Shown: in pieces, positions 49,476 to 61,719 of the stretch | Numbering within the stretch: position 1 is the stretch's first letter | How the letters are laid out: each line of letters begins with the position of its first letter | Origin: Felis catus | Lineage: Eukaryota | Reading direction: 5' to 3' | Assembly: GCF_018350175.1 (NCBI RefSeq) | Contig: NC_058368.1 | Location: forward strand, 71,922,001 to 71,986,000 | Length of the DNA stretch: 64,000 nt | Made by a program: the position numbers and the translations under genes | The notes under the pieces: generated by a model | Databases searched by the model: none | What the model saw: the letters and a program-made list of their open reading frames with translations, nothing else | What the model was told of the DNA's origin: nothing

Positions 49476-49659
49476 TAAGTCTGATTTATATGATGCATCG
49501 TATGTGGGAAATGTCTGTGACTCCATCTATATGATCGTCCTTGGGAAATGACAGCACAGCTGGTGAAATAACTTTTGAAGATAAACATTGCTAATTTGAT
49601 GATTACCAGTTACTATTAAATGAATTGTAAAACTATTGTATTTTATTTTTTGAAAAAAG
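49349..49659 (+). pseudogene. L1-mediated retroposed insert: snoRNA plus ~180-nt 3' extension plus short A-tail
   Basis: 18-bp TSD aaaagtagaa(c/t)gtactcc 49331-49348 / 49660-49677 at a TT/AAAA site; A-run at 49653-49658. Confidence 0.92.
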
Positions 49660-49783
49660 AAAAGTAGAATGTACTCCTTTTAGTGCATGAAATAATGATT
49701 GTTGAACAGTTGCAAGTGATGCTTCTATACTTGTTCCCTTGATAAAATAATTGATAAAGCTATGGTTCATTTGTGTCTTTTCT

Positions 49784-49983
49784 TTTTTTAAAAAAAAAAT
49801 TTCTTTTGAAAGAGAGAGAGAGCAAGAGGGGCAGAGGGAGAGAGAGAGAGATTGAGAATCTTAAGCAGGCTCCACTCTCAGCGCAGAGCCTGATGCAGGG
49901 CTTGATTCCACAACCCTGAGATCATGACCTGAGCCAAAATCAAGACTCAGACACTCAACTGGCTGAGCCACCCAAATGCCTCC
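49784..49983 (-). mobile_element. CAN-SINE
   Basis: Perfect TSD tttgtgtcttttct 49770-49783 / 49984-49997. Confidence 0.97.
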
Positions 49984-50569
49984 TTTGTGTCTTTTCTAAT
50001 TGATGCTGATGGAAAGGTTGACAATAGTAAGTAGTAGGAATATTGCAGTACTCCATTATAGAGATGGATTATAGTGCTTTAAACATTACCATACATCTTA
50101 AAGGCAACCAGTAAAAATTACTGATGCTGGATTGAACTGATGAACCAAACAAAGCCTGGTGGTCTACTGAGTGAAAAGTAGTCATGAATATTCTGGGTGG
50201 AATGTAAGAAGTGCTATTAAAAAGTTAATGTGTAGGTAGTAAACACAGATCTTGAAATATACAAACAAGCACTTACTTGTAGAATAATAGTAATGGTGAT
50301 GAATGATAATAGCAATTGCTTTTACTTGGTGCTTATTCATCTTCCAATCCTGTGAATATTTTTTCCCAGAGTTCTAGTTTAGATTCTCTTTTCTCTATAT
50401 ATAAATACTCTCCTTGGGCTTCATTATCTGCCCTAAGGCTGAATTTACCATCTGGGTAGCAATGACCCAAGGCAAGCAACCTCCCATGTGCCTCAGGCAT
50501 GCACACCTCTGAACACTCTGGTAGCATTTTTCACATGTCTTCTATATCAGGCAATTGCAACCATGGATC

Positions 50570-50950
50570 TGAATAAAATGGCCTATAGACACAAGATAAA
50601 GTAAGAAGGGTAGAAGGCCTACAATCAAGGATTAAGGAAGCCCAACATTTTAAAGGCTAAGTAAATGAGGATTTTAGAGACAGAACAAATGGGTGGCCAG
50701 AGGAGTGTAGGAACACAAACAGGAGAGGGTGGTGTGACTGTGGAAATCCAAAGGAAGAAAGTGTTTCACGACAAAGGTTGGTCAGTAGGACTGAAATGTC
50801 AAATAATATAAAGGCTGAAAATGCCAATAGGATCCAGCAACATGGAAATCACTAGTGGACTGGGCCAGACCTATTTGAGTGAAGTGCAGTGGGTGGATAT
50901 TAGTTGAGGAGTGGGAGTTGAATAAAGGGAAACAAAGTACAGGCAACTAT
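50570..50950 (-). mobile_element. L2 fragment
   Basis: ccaacattttaaagg...ggccagaggag...aacaggagagggtggtg...aaaggaagaaagtgtttca...agcaacatggaaatcact. Confidence 0.6.
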
Positions 50951-51869
50951 CTCACCTAGAGTTATTTTAAAATCAATGATGCCACTTTCCATTTATTCCC
51001 TCGGAGTCACAGTTAAGACAAGCTGTAAAGGATTCCATCCAGAAAGGCCTCCCATCAATCTGGAGCTAATGCTATTTCCAGCACTCAGTGAGGCTCCTGG
51101 GAACCAGTCTTGTTGCCAGCCCACCTGGTCTAGGATTTCCAGGAGCAGCTGGCTTGTTCCAGAGAGGTCCAAGTCCTTCAACCCATCAGAGACCTCAATC
51201 CATCAGAGACTTACTTCCAGGCTCAGTTCTGTGGAAATTTCTAGGCCAGTTATTTTCCCCATGACTCATCCGTGTTTTTCACCCAAACTGAAAAATGCTC
51301 CTCCATTCATCATCCTCTCCAAAGTCCCAGTCCCTGTGGCTCTGTTCCCTTCTCCCTGAACCAGATGTGATTGTTTCCCTCCTAACCTTTCCCACTATAC
51401 TCTTTGTAACCTTTACTTAATTGCAAATAACTTCACATTCACTCTTAATCTAGTCACAGATGCTTCATCCATTTCCTCCTGGCTCTCAGTGAAAACTTCC
51501 CTCTCAAGTGACACTCTCATTTGGGTTGAAGTTTTCCTTGCTTCCTGAGTAACTTGCAGATTTTTACTCCTCCACAGTGCTTACTGGTCACTGCCCTCTT
51601 TTGGAGAACGTCTGGTCTCACTGGCAATCTTTTCATCTTAGGTGTGTAGAATCCACCCTTCATCCTAGGCTCTTAGCTCCTTTTCTTCCTCAGCAGACCA
51701 GGAACTTGGTAGAACCTACCATCTGAATATATCCCGAAGCTGACCGCTCCTTCTTCTGCCTTGACTGCTTCACCTAGTCCAGGCCACCACGGTCTTTTAC
51801 CTGGGCTGCTACAGCCTCATAAATCAGCTTTTCATTTCTCCTCTTGCCTCCATAGTCATGCAAAATTGG

Positions 51870-52010
51870 TACTTTACTCTGTGGAGCCTTGGGCAAGTAA
51901 CTGAACCTCCTAGTGCCTCAATATTCCCACCTTTGGAAAGGTGATGATATCCAAACCAGAGGGGCTGTGTTGAGGATTAAGTGAAATGAAGAACATTAAG
52001 CTCTTTGCGT
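51870..52010 (+). mobile_element. MIR fragment
   Basis: ccttgggcaagtaactgaacctc...gtgcctca...tgaggattaagtga. Confidence 0.65.
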
Positions 52011-53435
52011 ATGCTCTGTAAGTGTACCCCTACCTGTTAGGCCCTAGAGTTAGCTGTTTATCTCTCATTAGATGGAAAGCTTTGTGTGGACAGGGGTAGG
52101 ATGATGTCCTATCAATGTCATCCCCCTGGAGGGCCTAGTACAACGTTTAGTAAGCGCTTAATAAATGTTTAACATATTAAGCCTGATTTTCCGTGTTACC
52201 TACCGTATTTGTTCACCTCATGGTATTCGTAGAAAGCGATATTGGTATGGAACACTGGGGTCACCTGAAGTGCCTTTGGAGGCATCAATATGGGCTTGGT
52301 GCAAATATTACATACACTTCCTTTATCTTACATAACTATGATAAGGAAAATTAAACATTTAGAAATATATGAAATATTTTGTTTGCAAAACTTTAAAATT
52401 CTATCTCTTTAAGTTACTGGACTTGGGGGATTTATAGAGGATGCTATCAAAATAGAATTAAAAAAGAAGTCTGAGTGATTTGAAAATATTGTCAGTAACT
52501 GTAAAATATTTATACACATTAATAACTGCCAGGACACTGGTAGTCTGTTCTGGGGATCACCCAGACAGAAGATCAGCTTTAGACAATGTTTTTCCAAAGT
52601 TCTAGACTCTTTAGTAAGTAAGTAAAGTAGCCACAAGTGGTGCCCTGGTAGAAGGCCTCCAGGAGCCAGTGCAGGGGCAGGAGTGAGACGGCATGACCTG
52701 TCTGTGCCCGGGCACTCAGCCGACAATCAACAAACAACATTGCCCATTTTGACTTTCATCTGAGCCCAAGTTCCTCTGCTTTTCTCTAAAAAGGAACATT
52801 TGATCAACTAATATACTTTGTTAAAATGAAGGGATAACCTGTCAAGGTCACTGATGTGTTTTTGGGCATGGCTCATGTCTGTAACTCTGGGTTTCTGATT
52901 CTAGGTAGCGTGTAGGTTGGCCTCGATTACTGTAGCATTCTGGAATGACTTTGAAGGATTCTGTTGATTCCAAGGGACCCACTGCCTGCCAAAACCATGT
53001 TCCAGGAAAAGAGATGGAAGGGAAGCAAAGAGGTACAACCTCAGGGATTGGAAAATTAGACAGACATCGCCATCTGTTCGTGCTCCCATCTAGTGCATGG
53101 GAGGCTGTTATTACAGGGCTATTTTTATAGGTGCATATTTGTGTTCTGTTTGCCCTCCGCTTGTCTTTCTGGGTTCATTTTCAAGCACTTGAGGCAATGC
53201 AGGGTGCAAGCAGCAGGATGGCTCAGAGCCCTGCCTGGTAGGGGAAGATCTGTCCTAACATTCTGGTGTACTTCCACATCCAAGGATGAGAAGGGCATTT
53301 GGTGGCAGAGGTGGGAGCAAAGGCTCAATGGGGGCACCAGTTTGGTCAGATGAAAGATACTGAGCAGACATCTTGGGTTTTCTGCAAGATAATTTCAACT
53401 CCCTTATATATGCCAGAATTAAATACTTGAGGAAC

Positions 53436-53656
53436 GGGGCGCCTGGGTGGCGCAGTCGGTTAAGCGTCCGACTTCAGCCAGGTCACTATCTCGTGGTCTG
53501 TGAGTTCGAGCCCTGCGTCGGGCTCTGGGCTGATGGCTCAGAGTCTGGAGCCTGTTTCCGATTCTGTGTCTCCCTCTCTCTCTGCCCCTCCCCCGTTCAT
53601 GCTCTGTTTCTCTCTGTCCCAAAAATAAATAAACGTTGAAAAAAAATTAAAAAAAA
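53436..53656 (+). mobile_element. Young CAN-SINE (same subtype as 15995-16220)
   Basis: Intact A/B boxes, CpG-rich; TSD aatacttgagga 53422-53433 / 53658-53669. Confidence 0.98.
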
Positions 53657-53959
53657 GAATACTTGAGGACCATGCTAAGTCCAGCAAGGCAGAGTACCTT
53701 AAGAATAAAATGAACTCAGGTATACACAGGCACGTAAATGTCTCTACCTTTATAATCTGACCCTACAAGTCATTATACATAATGGGCCAAATCACCTGGG
53801 CCTCAACAAAACTTCTTTCCCAGTTACCCAGTTTTGGCTTCATTTTGCTTTTGGAAGTTTCCATTCAGAGGAATGCTCAGGTTATAAAATCTCAAGAGTT
53901 CCAAGTTTCTCTGTGTCTGGCACAGATTTTTAGCATTTGTTTATGTTCTTCTTGTATTA

Positions 53960-54780
53960 AATGCAACACAATTATTAAACATCTACTTTGAACCTAGCAT
54001 TCTGGTAGGTGTTGGGGACATAGGGCTGGATAAAATGGCTGAATGGGGGAAACAGACACGTAAGGCCAATCCATCCAGTATGATGTGTACTATAATAAAG
54101 GCAGTGGAGTACCAAGGAAAGAGAAAAGATGGTTATGAAATCAGCCTGAGCTGTCAGAGGAGCTTCATGTAAGAGGTCGTGCTTGTGCCTGAACTGCTGT
54201 CTCTAGGAAGGAGTAAGTAAATATTAGGTGGCTGAAGGACATGTAGAGAATAGAATTGAGGTCAAAGCAGATGGAATAGCACATGCAAAGGTCCTGAGAT
54301 ATGAAATAGTCTGGCCCCAATAGGCAGTTTGATATGGCTAGAGAATAAGTGATGTAGAAGGAGGAATGACAAGTGAGCCAGGGGGTGTAGGTAAGTACTA
54401 GACCACCAAGGGTCTCATGTAACAAACCAAGGACTTTTTCATGAAAACAATGAGGAGCTGGAAAATAGTGTGAGTAGATAGTATCATGGTTATGATTTGA
54501 GGCAAGATGACCAAGAGATAATGAGGGCCTGAATTATGAAGGTGGTAGCAGGGATGGAGAGGAGAGGATTTGAGAAATATTTACAGAAGGCAGTATAGAT
54601 AGGAGATAATGTCTGCTTAGATCAGGGACAAGGATATGTTAAGATGACTCCAAGTTTCTATGTAGGGAAACTGGTGGGTGGTGTTATTAAGGGCGATATG
54701 AATCAATGGAAGAGGATATGGAATGGGGAGGGAGAAGAGAATTCCAATGGGGCAACTTGGATTGAAATTGCCCAATGAGT
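53960..54780 (-). mobile_element. L2 fragment
   Basis: ggaatagcacatgcaaaggtcctgag...ggtagcagggatggagaggag...tttgagaaatattt...aagatgactccaagtttct. Confidence 0.75.
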
Positions 54781-55555
54781 ATTTCTTCAATTCTACTTTC
54801 TGCATGAAGAACCCCACTGTTCACAGAGTGGGCCTGGCATTTTGCATCTTTGGGAACTGACTCCTGACCTGCTCTTCTGTTCTCTGTCCCCCTGCTCCTC
54901 CACACGAACCCACTAATCTCCTAGGGCGATCCTCATTCTTCCACCTTGTCTGTGAGTACTTTAAGCCCTATTTGAAGGCCTCATCTCTATGACTTCCCTT
55001 GATAACCAACCTAAGGTTAATATCCCCTGAGCAGCTCCATGTGAAATTACATGTTATTCTATGTCTACGTCCTACCTTCTCTGATGGAGGTGGGGGGTAT
55101 CTGACATGAGAGGCGGCCGTGTGTAGCTGGGGTAAACATGGTTGGCTGAATGGAAAATGGTTCATGTCAGAGGACGTCGGAGGTTGCTGAATATCTGCAA
55201 CATGAGATCAAAGTAGTGACGTGGGCTGGCCTGTGCAGGTGGGGAGACTCACTCTTTTCACACTTATCCTCTTGTTCTGGCAAAGGCACTCTCAGTGCTT
55301 TGGATCTTTGCTTTTATAAGGAGTCTGGATCTTTGCTTTTGGTTTGGTATATGGCTTATGCCTGCAAAGGGAAGACCAGCAGCTGTCCTTCCTCCCCTTC
55401 CTCCCAGCTGGCTGCCCGTGACCTCATCCAAGAACGTACTTCTTCACCTTGCTTTTCCTTTGCTTTCCCTCTGTAGTAAGTAGTAAGGCTGAGCAATCTG
55501 GGAAGCCTATCTTGGCCTTGGAAAATTAAGACCTCTTGGTCATCAAGTCCTCCTT

Positions 55556-55570
55556 CCAGTAGGGGGCAGC
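55556..55570 (+). promoter_or_regulatory. Candidate CTCF core motif
   Basis: ccagtagggggcagc fits the CCASYAGRKGGCRS core in apparently unique sequence; motif only. Confidence 0.45.
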
Positions 55571-55924
55571 TCTGCCCTTCCACAGTCTGACTCACACCTT
55601 GGCCTGGGTGCTCTGGCCTGCTTTCAGGGTTCTCCCATCCTCCATCAACTGGGATTTTCACTTGTGCACTTGACCTTGTTAACAATATATGAGGCTTTGG
55701 AGAGTTAATATACAAATATGTCAGGTTACATCTAATTGTAGGGTAGAGATCTTGCCGTATCCTTTTAGTACCTAGCATTTGGCATATAATAGATGCTCAA
55801 TAAATGTATGCTGTTGTAAGGGTATGTGCCTAAGTAGGCTTCCTTGAAACAATCACTAATAAGAATATTTTGTATAGATACATATAAATAATACAATCCT
55901 ATTTTCATTTTATTGTTTTTTTTT

Positions 55925-56080
55925 TCAGTACTTATTGTGTGTCAGGCATTATTCCAGGCACTTTCTCTGCATTATTTCTAATCCTCAGAACACTTTCATT
56001 AAGTATGTTCATACTGTTTTAGACGTGTATTTATTGAGACTCCATGAGGTTAAGTTATCTGTCCCAGAGTCAAACAAAGT
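55925..56080 (-). mobile_element. MIR fragment
   Basis: agtacttattgtgtgtcaggcattattccaggcacttt...taatcctca...gaggttaagttatctgtcc. Confidence 0.65.
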
Positions 56081-56259
56081 TTCCTGACATGAGGTTTAAA
56101 TATAAGTTTATTTTTAGCCTCGTTCATGATTTTTCATGAGCTCATTCTTACCAGCAAATAGCTTTGACAATAAAGTCTGTATGTAACTCAGCGCCATCAC
56201 ATTCTCTGTTTGGCTTTATCTATGTTTCCCACCATATGCACCCACCAGCTCTGAGCACC

Positions 56260-56315
56260 CGCACGTGTGTACGTGCATTATGCATGTACGTGGGCACGTG
56301 TGTGTGCCCACGCGT

Positions 56316-56352
<37 letters not shown>
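56260..56352. repeat. Alternating purine-pyrimidine tract ending in (CA)n
   Basis: cgcacgtgtgtacgtgca...cgcgtgcg(ca)n. Confidence 0.9.
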
Positions 56353-56357
<5 letters not shown>

Positions 56358-56585
56358 TTCCCTCTGCCTCTCACTCACTCATACTCTACATTCCACTGGG
56401 GATGGGATCTTCACTCATCCATGAGATGTTCAGTGCTTTCTTTCCTCTGTGCTTTTTCACTTGTGCATGCTCTTCTCTCTCATTAGGGTTCTTGGTTAGT
56501 CAACAGTCTTCAGAAGAAATGCTCATTAATGTGTGAAATGTTAATAAATTGCTTTTTGCTAGAGTTAAATATTCCAGCTATTCTT

Positions 56586-56784
56586 TTAAATATTTATTTT
56601 TGAGAGGGAGAGACAAAGTGAGAGCAGGGGAAGGACAGAGAAAGAGGGAGACACTGAATTGGAAGTAGGCTCCAGGCTCTGAGCTGTCAGCACAGAGCCT
56701 GATGTGGGGCTTGAACTCACAGACCATGAGATCATGACCCAAGCTGAAGTCGGACGCTTAACCGACTGAGCCACCCAGGCGCCC
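56586..56784 (-). mobile_element. CAN-SINE
   Basis: Standard body; degenerate TSD tattccagctatt 56570 / tagtccaactatt 56786. Confidence 0.96.
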
Positions 56785-57084
56785 TTAGTCCAACTATTTT
56801 TTGAAGAAAAGAATGTTGATTGTTCTCTGATACAAATCAGTTGGGTTTGCAATTTCTTTCCCTGATATGTTAGTCTTTATATTTCTCCTTCATTTTTTTT
56901 TTCTCTTTAAGGCTCCCTTTCCTCAATATTTTCCTTTTGCATCTGTTGGGATGTGAATACTGAAGTCTCCTTGGAGACTTCTTACTGTAAAATACTGAGC
57001 CATTTTATCACAGGACTGGGTAAATACTGTGACTTATTGTGGTAAGACCAGTTTAATGGCAAGGAAATGCTTATGTTCCAAGAC

Positions 57085-57400
57085 CAATAATTACAACCCA
57101 TTCCTCACTGGCTTCCCTGCTTCTAGCATGGCTCCCCTGCAGTCAACCCTTTGTGTAGCTGCCAAATTCATTTTTCTGACCTGCTGCTCCGACAGTGCCA
57201 CCTCTCTTGTCAAATCCCCATGGTGGCTCACTATTACCCTTTGTGTCCATCCATACCCAAAACTGTGCCCTTAGCATCAAGACCCTAACTCTCTCAGGTC
57301 TCCCATATTCTAGACCTACCCAGTGTTCTGCTGTGCATGCATTCACATTAGTCCTAGTGCCAGCCCTCCATGTGTCCCTAAGCCACTGGGGGCATGCCAA
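57085..57400 (+). mobile_element. L2 fragment
   Basis: tcctcactggcttccctgcttct...cccctgcagtc...atggtggctcac...tagcatcaagacc. Confidence 0.55.
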
Positions 57401-57564
57401 TGAACTCTGAATGGATTTCTGAATGCTGCTGCCTTTGCTTTGAAATCCCTTCCAAAGACTCCCAGCCCCCAACCCCACTCTTTGTCAAGGATTATCTCCT
57501 GAAATTTCACTTCCTTCTCAAGGCCTTTTTCATCTAATAAATATATTGTGCTCTGCGTATTTCA

Positions 57565-58095
57565 TTGTTTTAATCGTGGTAAAATACATACAAAATCACC
57601 ATCTTTGACCAGTTTTAAGCGTACAGTTCACTAGTGTCAAGTAGGTTCGTATTGTCATGAGTTGAATCTCCAGAACTCTTCATCTTGCAAAACTGAAACT
57701 CTGTGCCCATTATACAACAATTCCCCATTCTGTCTCTACCCTCAACCTCCGGCAACCTCTGTTCAACTTTCTGTCTCTATGATTTTGACAATTGAAGATA
57801 GTTCATGGAAGTAGAATCATAAAGTATTTTTCCTTTTGTGCCTGGCTTATTTTACTGAGCATAATGTCCTCAAGTTTCATCCATGGTGTAGAATGTGTCA
57901 GAATTTCCTCCCTTTTTAAGGCTGGATAATAGCCTAGAGGTATATGGCTAGACCACATCTTGTTTATCCGTCCATCTGCCAGTGGGTATTTGGGTTGCTT
58001 CCATCTCTTGGCTATTGTGAATAGGGCTGCTGTGAACACGGGTGGACAAATATTTCTTTGAGAACCTGCTTGCAACTCTGTTGGGTATATACCCA
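57565..58095 (-). mobile_element. L1MB-like 3' fragment
   Basis: ctccagaactcttcatcttgcaaaactgaaactctg...gcataatgtcctcaagtttcatcc; ORF2 C-terminal peptide AALFTIAKRWKQPK. Confidence 0.9.
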
Positions 58096-60043
58096 CCTGT
58101 ACATCTTTAAACTTAAAAAATAGTTTTCGATATTTGCTTAAAGTGGGTTTAAGTAGAACAAGACAAAAGCAACTACTTTTAACTGAAGGGATTTGCTAAT
58201 ATTAAGACAGATGTCTCTGCTCCAGAGCCCAAGGGGAATAAATGAATATTTTATAATGAACTATGAGTGGCACTTTTAGAAGCAGTGGGAGGGATGCTAA
58301 TCTGAAAACCTGTGGAGTGTAGTAAACCACATAAGTGACGTAAAGTAACTATACTTCAGGCTTTAAGTATTTTAGTTCTTAGTCTTTATTTTTATGTCAC
58401 TTATCGTAGTTTGGTGATGTGAAAATAATATGTGTGTGGTAAAAAATTGGGAAAGCATAGAAATCTGTGTGTGTAGCCAGTTTGCTAGGTGAAAAGTACA
58501 CATTGCTCTCCTTGCCAAGACAACCCCCTCCCCCACCCTAGAAGAGGTGTGACTGCCTCTCCTGCCCCTCAGGGGTTGCTCCAGGTATAGAGAAAGCCCT
58601 GGGGAGCAGGGCTGGAGTACTGTGAGTTACATGGAATACTTAGAGGATCTCTGCTAATGTGGCTCCTGACCTCTCTGTTTACACCAGATTTTACCTCTGA
58701 CTGTTAGTCCTCTGAGGACAAAAAGAGACTGGAAAGAGGACTCCAAGGAAAACTGAACCAAGGGCAAAGATTCTTCTCTAAGACCCCTGGCAGGGCTGGC
58801 CGATGTGCCCTTTCTCTCTTCCAGGCAGGAGGCCACTTGAGGCCATGCGTCAGAGGCAGAGGCCTTTCCATGTAGAGACCAAGTTTCCAGCATCTCCTCT
58901 GGTTGCTGTTAAGCTTCAACACTTGCACCATAGCTCTTTGTCCTTGACCTTGACTCTATCGCATGACATTACTCCCCAGTTGTGCCTGCAGGTGCATGGC
59001 CTTGGGCTTTTATCTACTCTCAGCCTGTGCCATTGCATGGGTCACGTGAATGTCTTCCTAAGCCTACAGCATTGGCCCCATATTCCCCAGTGAGGTTTGC
59101 CTGGTGTAGCTCAGATTTAAGAAAACAAAAGCACTTCACATTCAACAAGTACACGGCAATTTTGTACTTCTCTTGTCTTTCTTTAGCTCTCCTTATACAG
59201 ATGCTAATATAAACCTATTTTTTGAGATGATTTTGTTATGCAAGAGAAGACCAGTATAACACATTTGAAGAAAAGTCCTCCCCACCCCCTTGCTTATTAT
59301 TTCTTATATCTTCTTCTGGCTCTGATGGCAAATTCAATTGAAAAGGAGCTGATCTACCCACTTTTACTTCTAAAAGTGCCATAGAATTTCTCACAGAGCC
59401 AATCTGAAAAACCCAATCGATATGTGCTTACACAGCAAATGAGAGGCACGGTTCTCATTTGAAAGTTAAGGTCCCTGTGAGATCATATTGGAAAGCCAAG
59501 CTTCCTTCCCTTTCAGCCTACCTCCCTTCTGTCTCCAGGGGTTAGTTCTGGTCATTTCCCCTTCCTGCTTAATCCCCAGCCTCCATATGCCATCCATTCT
59601 CCTGAACTTTTTATTTGGGATCAGGATTTGGAACTGGCCCTCATCCTTACGGTTATTCACAGCAGGTCGAAGAAAATGAAAATAATAAAGGGATTCCGAT
59701 TCCTTACGAGTCAGCAGTTTTGCTGAACAGACCTCTTGCTCTCTTTAATATGAGGCCAGATGTATATTGATAGGAAATTGTTGAAAAAAATATCTTCTAG
59801 GTTCTTTACAAGAATCAAGATGTGTTTTTCACTCCTATATCTTACTTTCTAGCGTAATTATTTTGGTGGCTTTTAAGTGACAGGGCTACAGCTTTTGAGA
59901 TAAGCTCAGTAAACTGAATGAGGAGACCACAGAAGAGGGTCTTGGTGTGGCTGATGTTATACTGTAGCCACATTATACTGATGTATACTGTACAGGGGGG
60001 GATCTCTGCTGCATCCTGTTTATCCTTTCAAGTATCTGAGCTC

Positions 60044-60261
60044 TTTATTTTAAGTGTATTTATTTATTTTGAGAGAGAGAAAGTGCACGGTGCATGCAAG
60101 CAGGAAAGGGGCAGAGAGAGAGGGAGAGAGAGAATCTCAAGCAGGCTCCATGCTGTCAGTACAGAGCCCGATATGGGGCTTGATCTCACAAACCATGAGA
60201 TCATGACCTGAGTCGAAATCAAGAGTCAGAGGCTTAACGCACTGAGCCACCCAGGTGGCCC
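60044..60261 (-). mobile_element. CAN-SINE
   Basis: TSD agt(a/g)tctgagc 60031-60041 / 60265-60275. Confidence 0.96.
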
Positions 60262-60437
60262 TTGAGTGTCTGAGCCTGTGAATCAATCACACCCTGTATG
60301 GCATCTTAGCAGAAGTGACCAGTGCTCTTTCTTTGATTATCTAAAGCATCTGTGTATCCCAATGAATAGTTCAGGTACCTTTCACATAACATCCTCCCCT
60401 AATGCCCCATTTGTAATAAAGTTCGAGCTAAGCTGGG

Positions 60438-60438
<1 letters not shown>

Positions 60439-60471
<33 letters not shown>
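60439..60471. repeat. (TG)n microsatellite
   Basis: About 16 perfect units. Confidence 0.95.
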
Positions 60472-60474
<3 letters not shown>

Positions 60475-60489
60475 AATACAAATAAAATC

Positions 60490-60640
60490 AGTTCTCACAA
60501 CTACCTAGAAACTATCTATTGTTGTCCTCCTTTTATAGATATAAAAACTGAAGGTCAGAGAAGTGACATCGTTAGTGTGACAGGTCTCACAGTAAGAGAC
60601 AAAGCTGGGATCTGTGCTAGGGCTCTCCATTGCAAAGCCA
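60490..60640 (-). mobile_element. MIR fragment
   Basis: ttctcacaac...ttttatagatataaaaactgaaggtcagagaagtga...aggtctcacag. Confidence 0.6.
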
Positions 60641-61461
60641 TTGCTTTCTCCATTCACTATCATTCTGTTGTCTTCGGTTGTGAAAACAATGATTATCAAT
60701 CAATCTCTCGCCCCACCATTTTCTCTCGAATAATGTCTGGCTGATAGTAGTTGCCCAACAGTTGTTAATTCCATTTCATTCTTTTCCTCCCTTTCCTATC
60801 TTGCCAATTTTCTTTGTGGAAAGCATTCACAGGCTATCAAAATTCCCCAAACAGTTCAAACAAGTTCTGTGTATGAGTAGAATATAGTATCTGTCATAAT
60901 GTTGGCCACCCCCAAAATTATGTTTCTATACACTATGCTTTTCAAATTGGGGCCAATCAACTTGTCATTCATTGAAATGTTTTCAGCCGAGCGTATGCTG
61001 ATGCACAGGGATGCATATGTCACATTTATAGGAAAAAAAATTTTAAATATCATTCCACTGGCATCAATTCATTGTTAACCAAAGACGAGGTTATTTAGAT
61101 GCATTGAGTGTGGCTTTTTTGGATCACTCAGCTACTTATGGCTTTCCCCAGACTTTAAAGAAATTCTCCTACAAGAATATATTAAAAAATGCATCCTTCT
61201 GGTAAAGTAGGGAAAAAATGATGAAATATACTACAGATATTAGAGAAATGATGCCATATTCAAGAAATTACAAAGCCAGTTTTTTAAGTTTCATCTTACA
61301 CAAAGTTGCATCTTTTGCCTGAAGTTCTGTAATGGGGTCTCTGCTATATGACATCGGGCAAGGAGGCCCTTGATTAAGAATCCCTGTAGGTAAAATGCAG
61401 GATTACTGGTTATGTTTCTTGGAAATAAGGACATTACAGATGTTTAATTGTTTTTGTAATT

Positions 61462-61661
61462 CTTTTTTTAATATTAATTTATTTATTTTGAGAGAGAGAG
61501 AAAGAGGGAAGAGGGAGCATGGGCAGGGGAGGGGCAGAGATAGAGGGAGACAATCCCAAGCAGGCTCTGCACTCACAGCTTGAACTCATGAACCGTGAGG
61601 TCATCACCTGAGTGGAAATCGAGAGTCAGACACTTAACCGACTGAGCCACCCAGGCACCCC
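61462..61661 (-). mobile_element. CAN-SINE with internal deletion
   Basis: Standard head and tail; the cagagccc...gggg segment is missing near 61575. Confidence 0.95.
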
Positions 61662-61719
61662 AGGCAAGTACTGATTTTGAGGGCAACAGGAAGGTACTGA
61701 AGATTTAACCTGACTACTG

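Noticed and set aside
50976..51359. 127-aa ATG-initiated ORF
   Set aside because: No recognisable homology or splice context; length within chance range
6529..55593. Scattered AP-1 sites (tgagtca/tgactca), including palindrome cagtgagtcactg at 40413-40425
   Set aside because: Count is near chance expectation for a 7-mer in 64 kb
58500..59060. Possible old LTR
   Set aside because: Composition is suggestive but I could not match it to a family, so it is not listed as a feature
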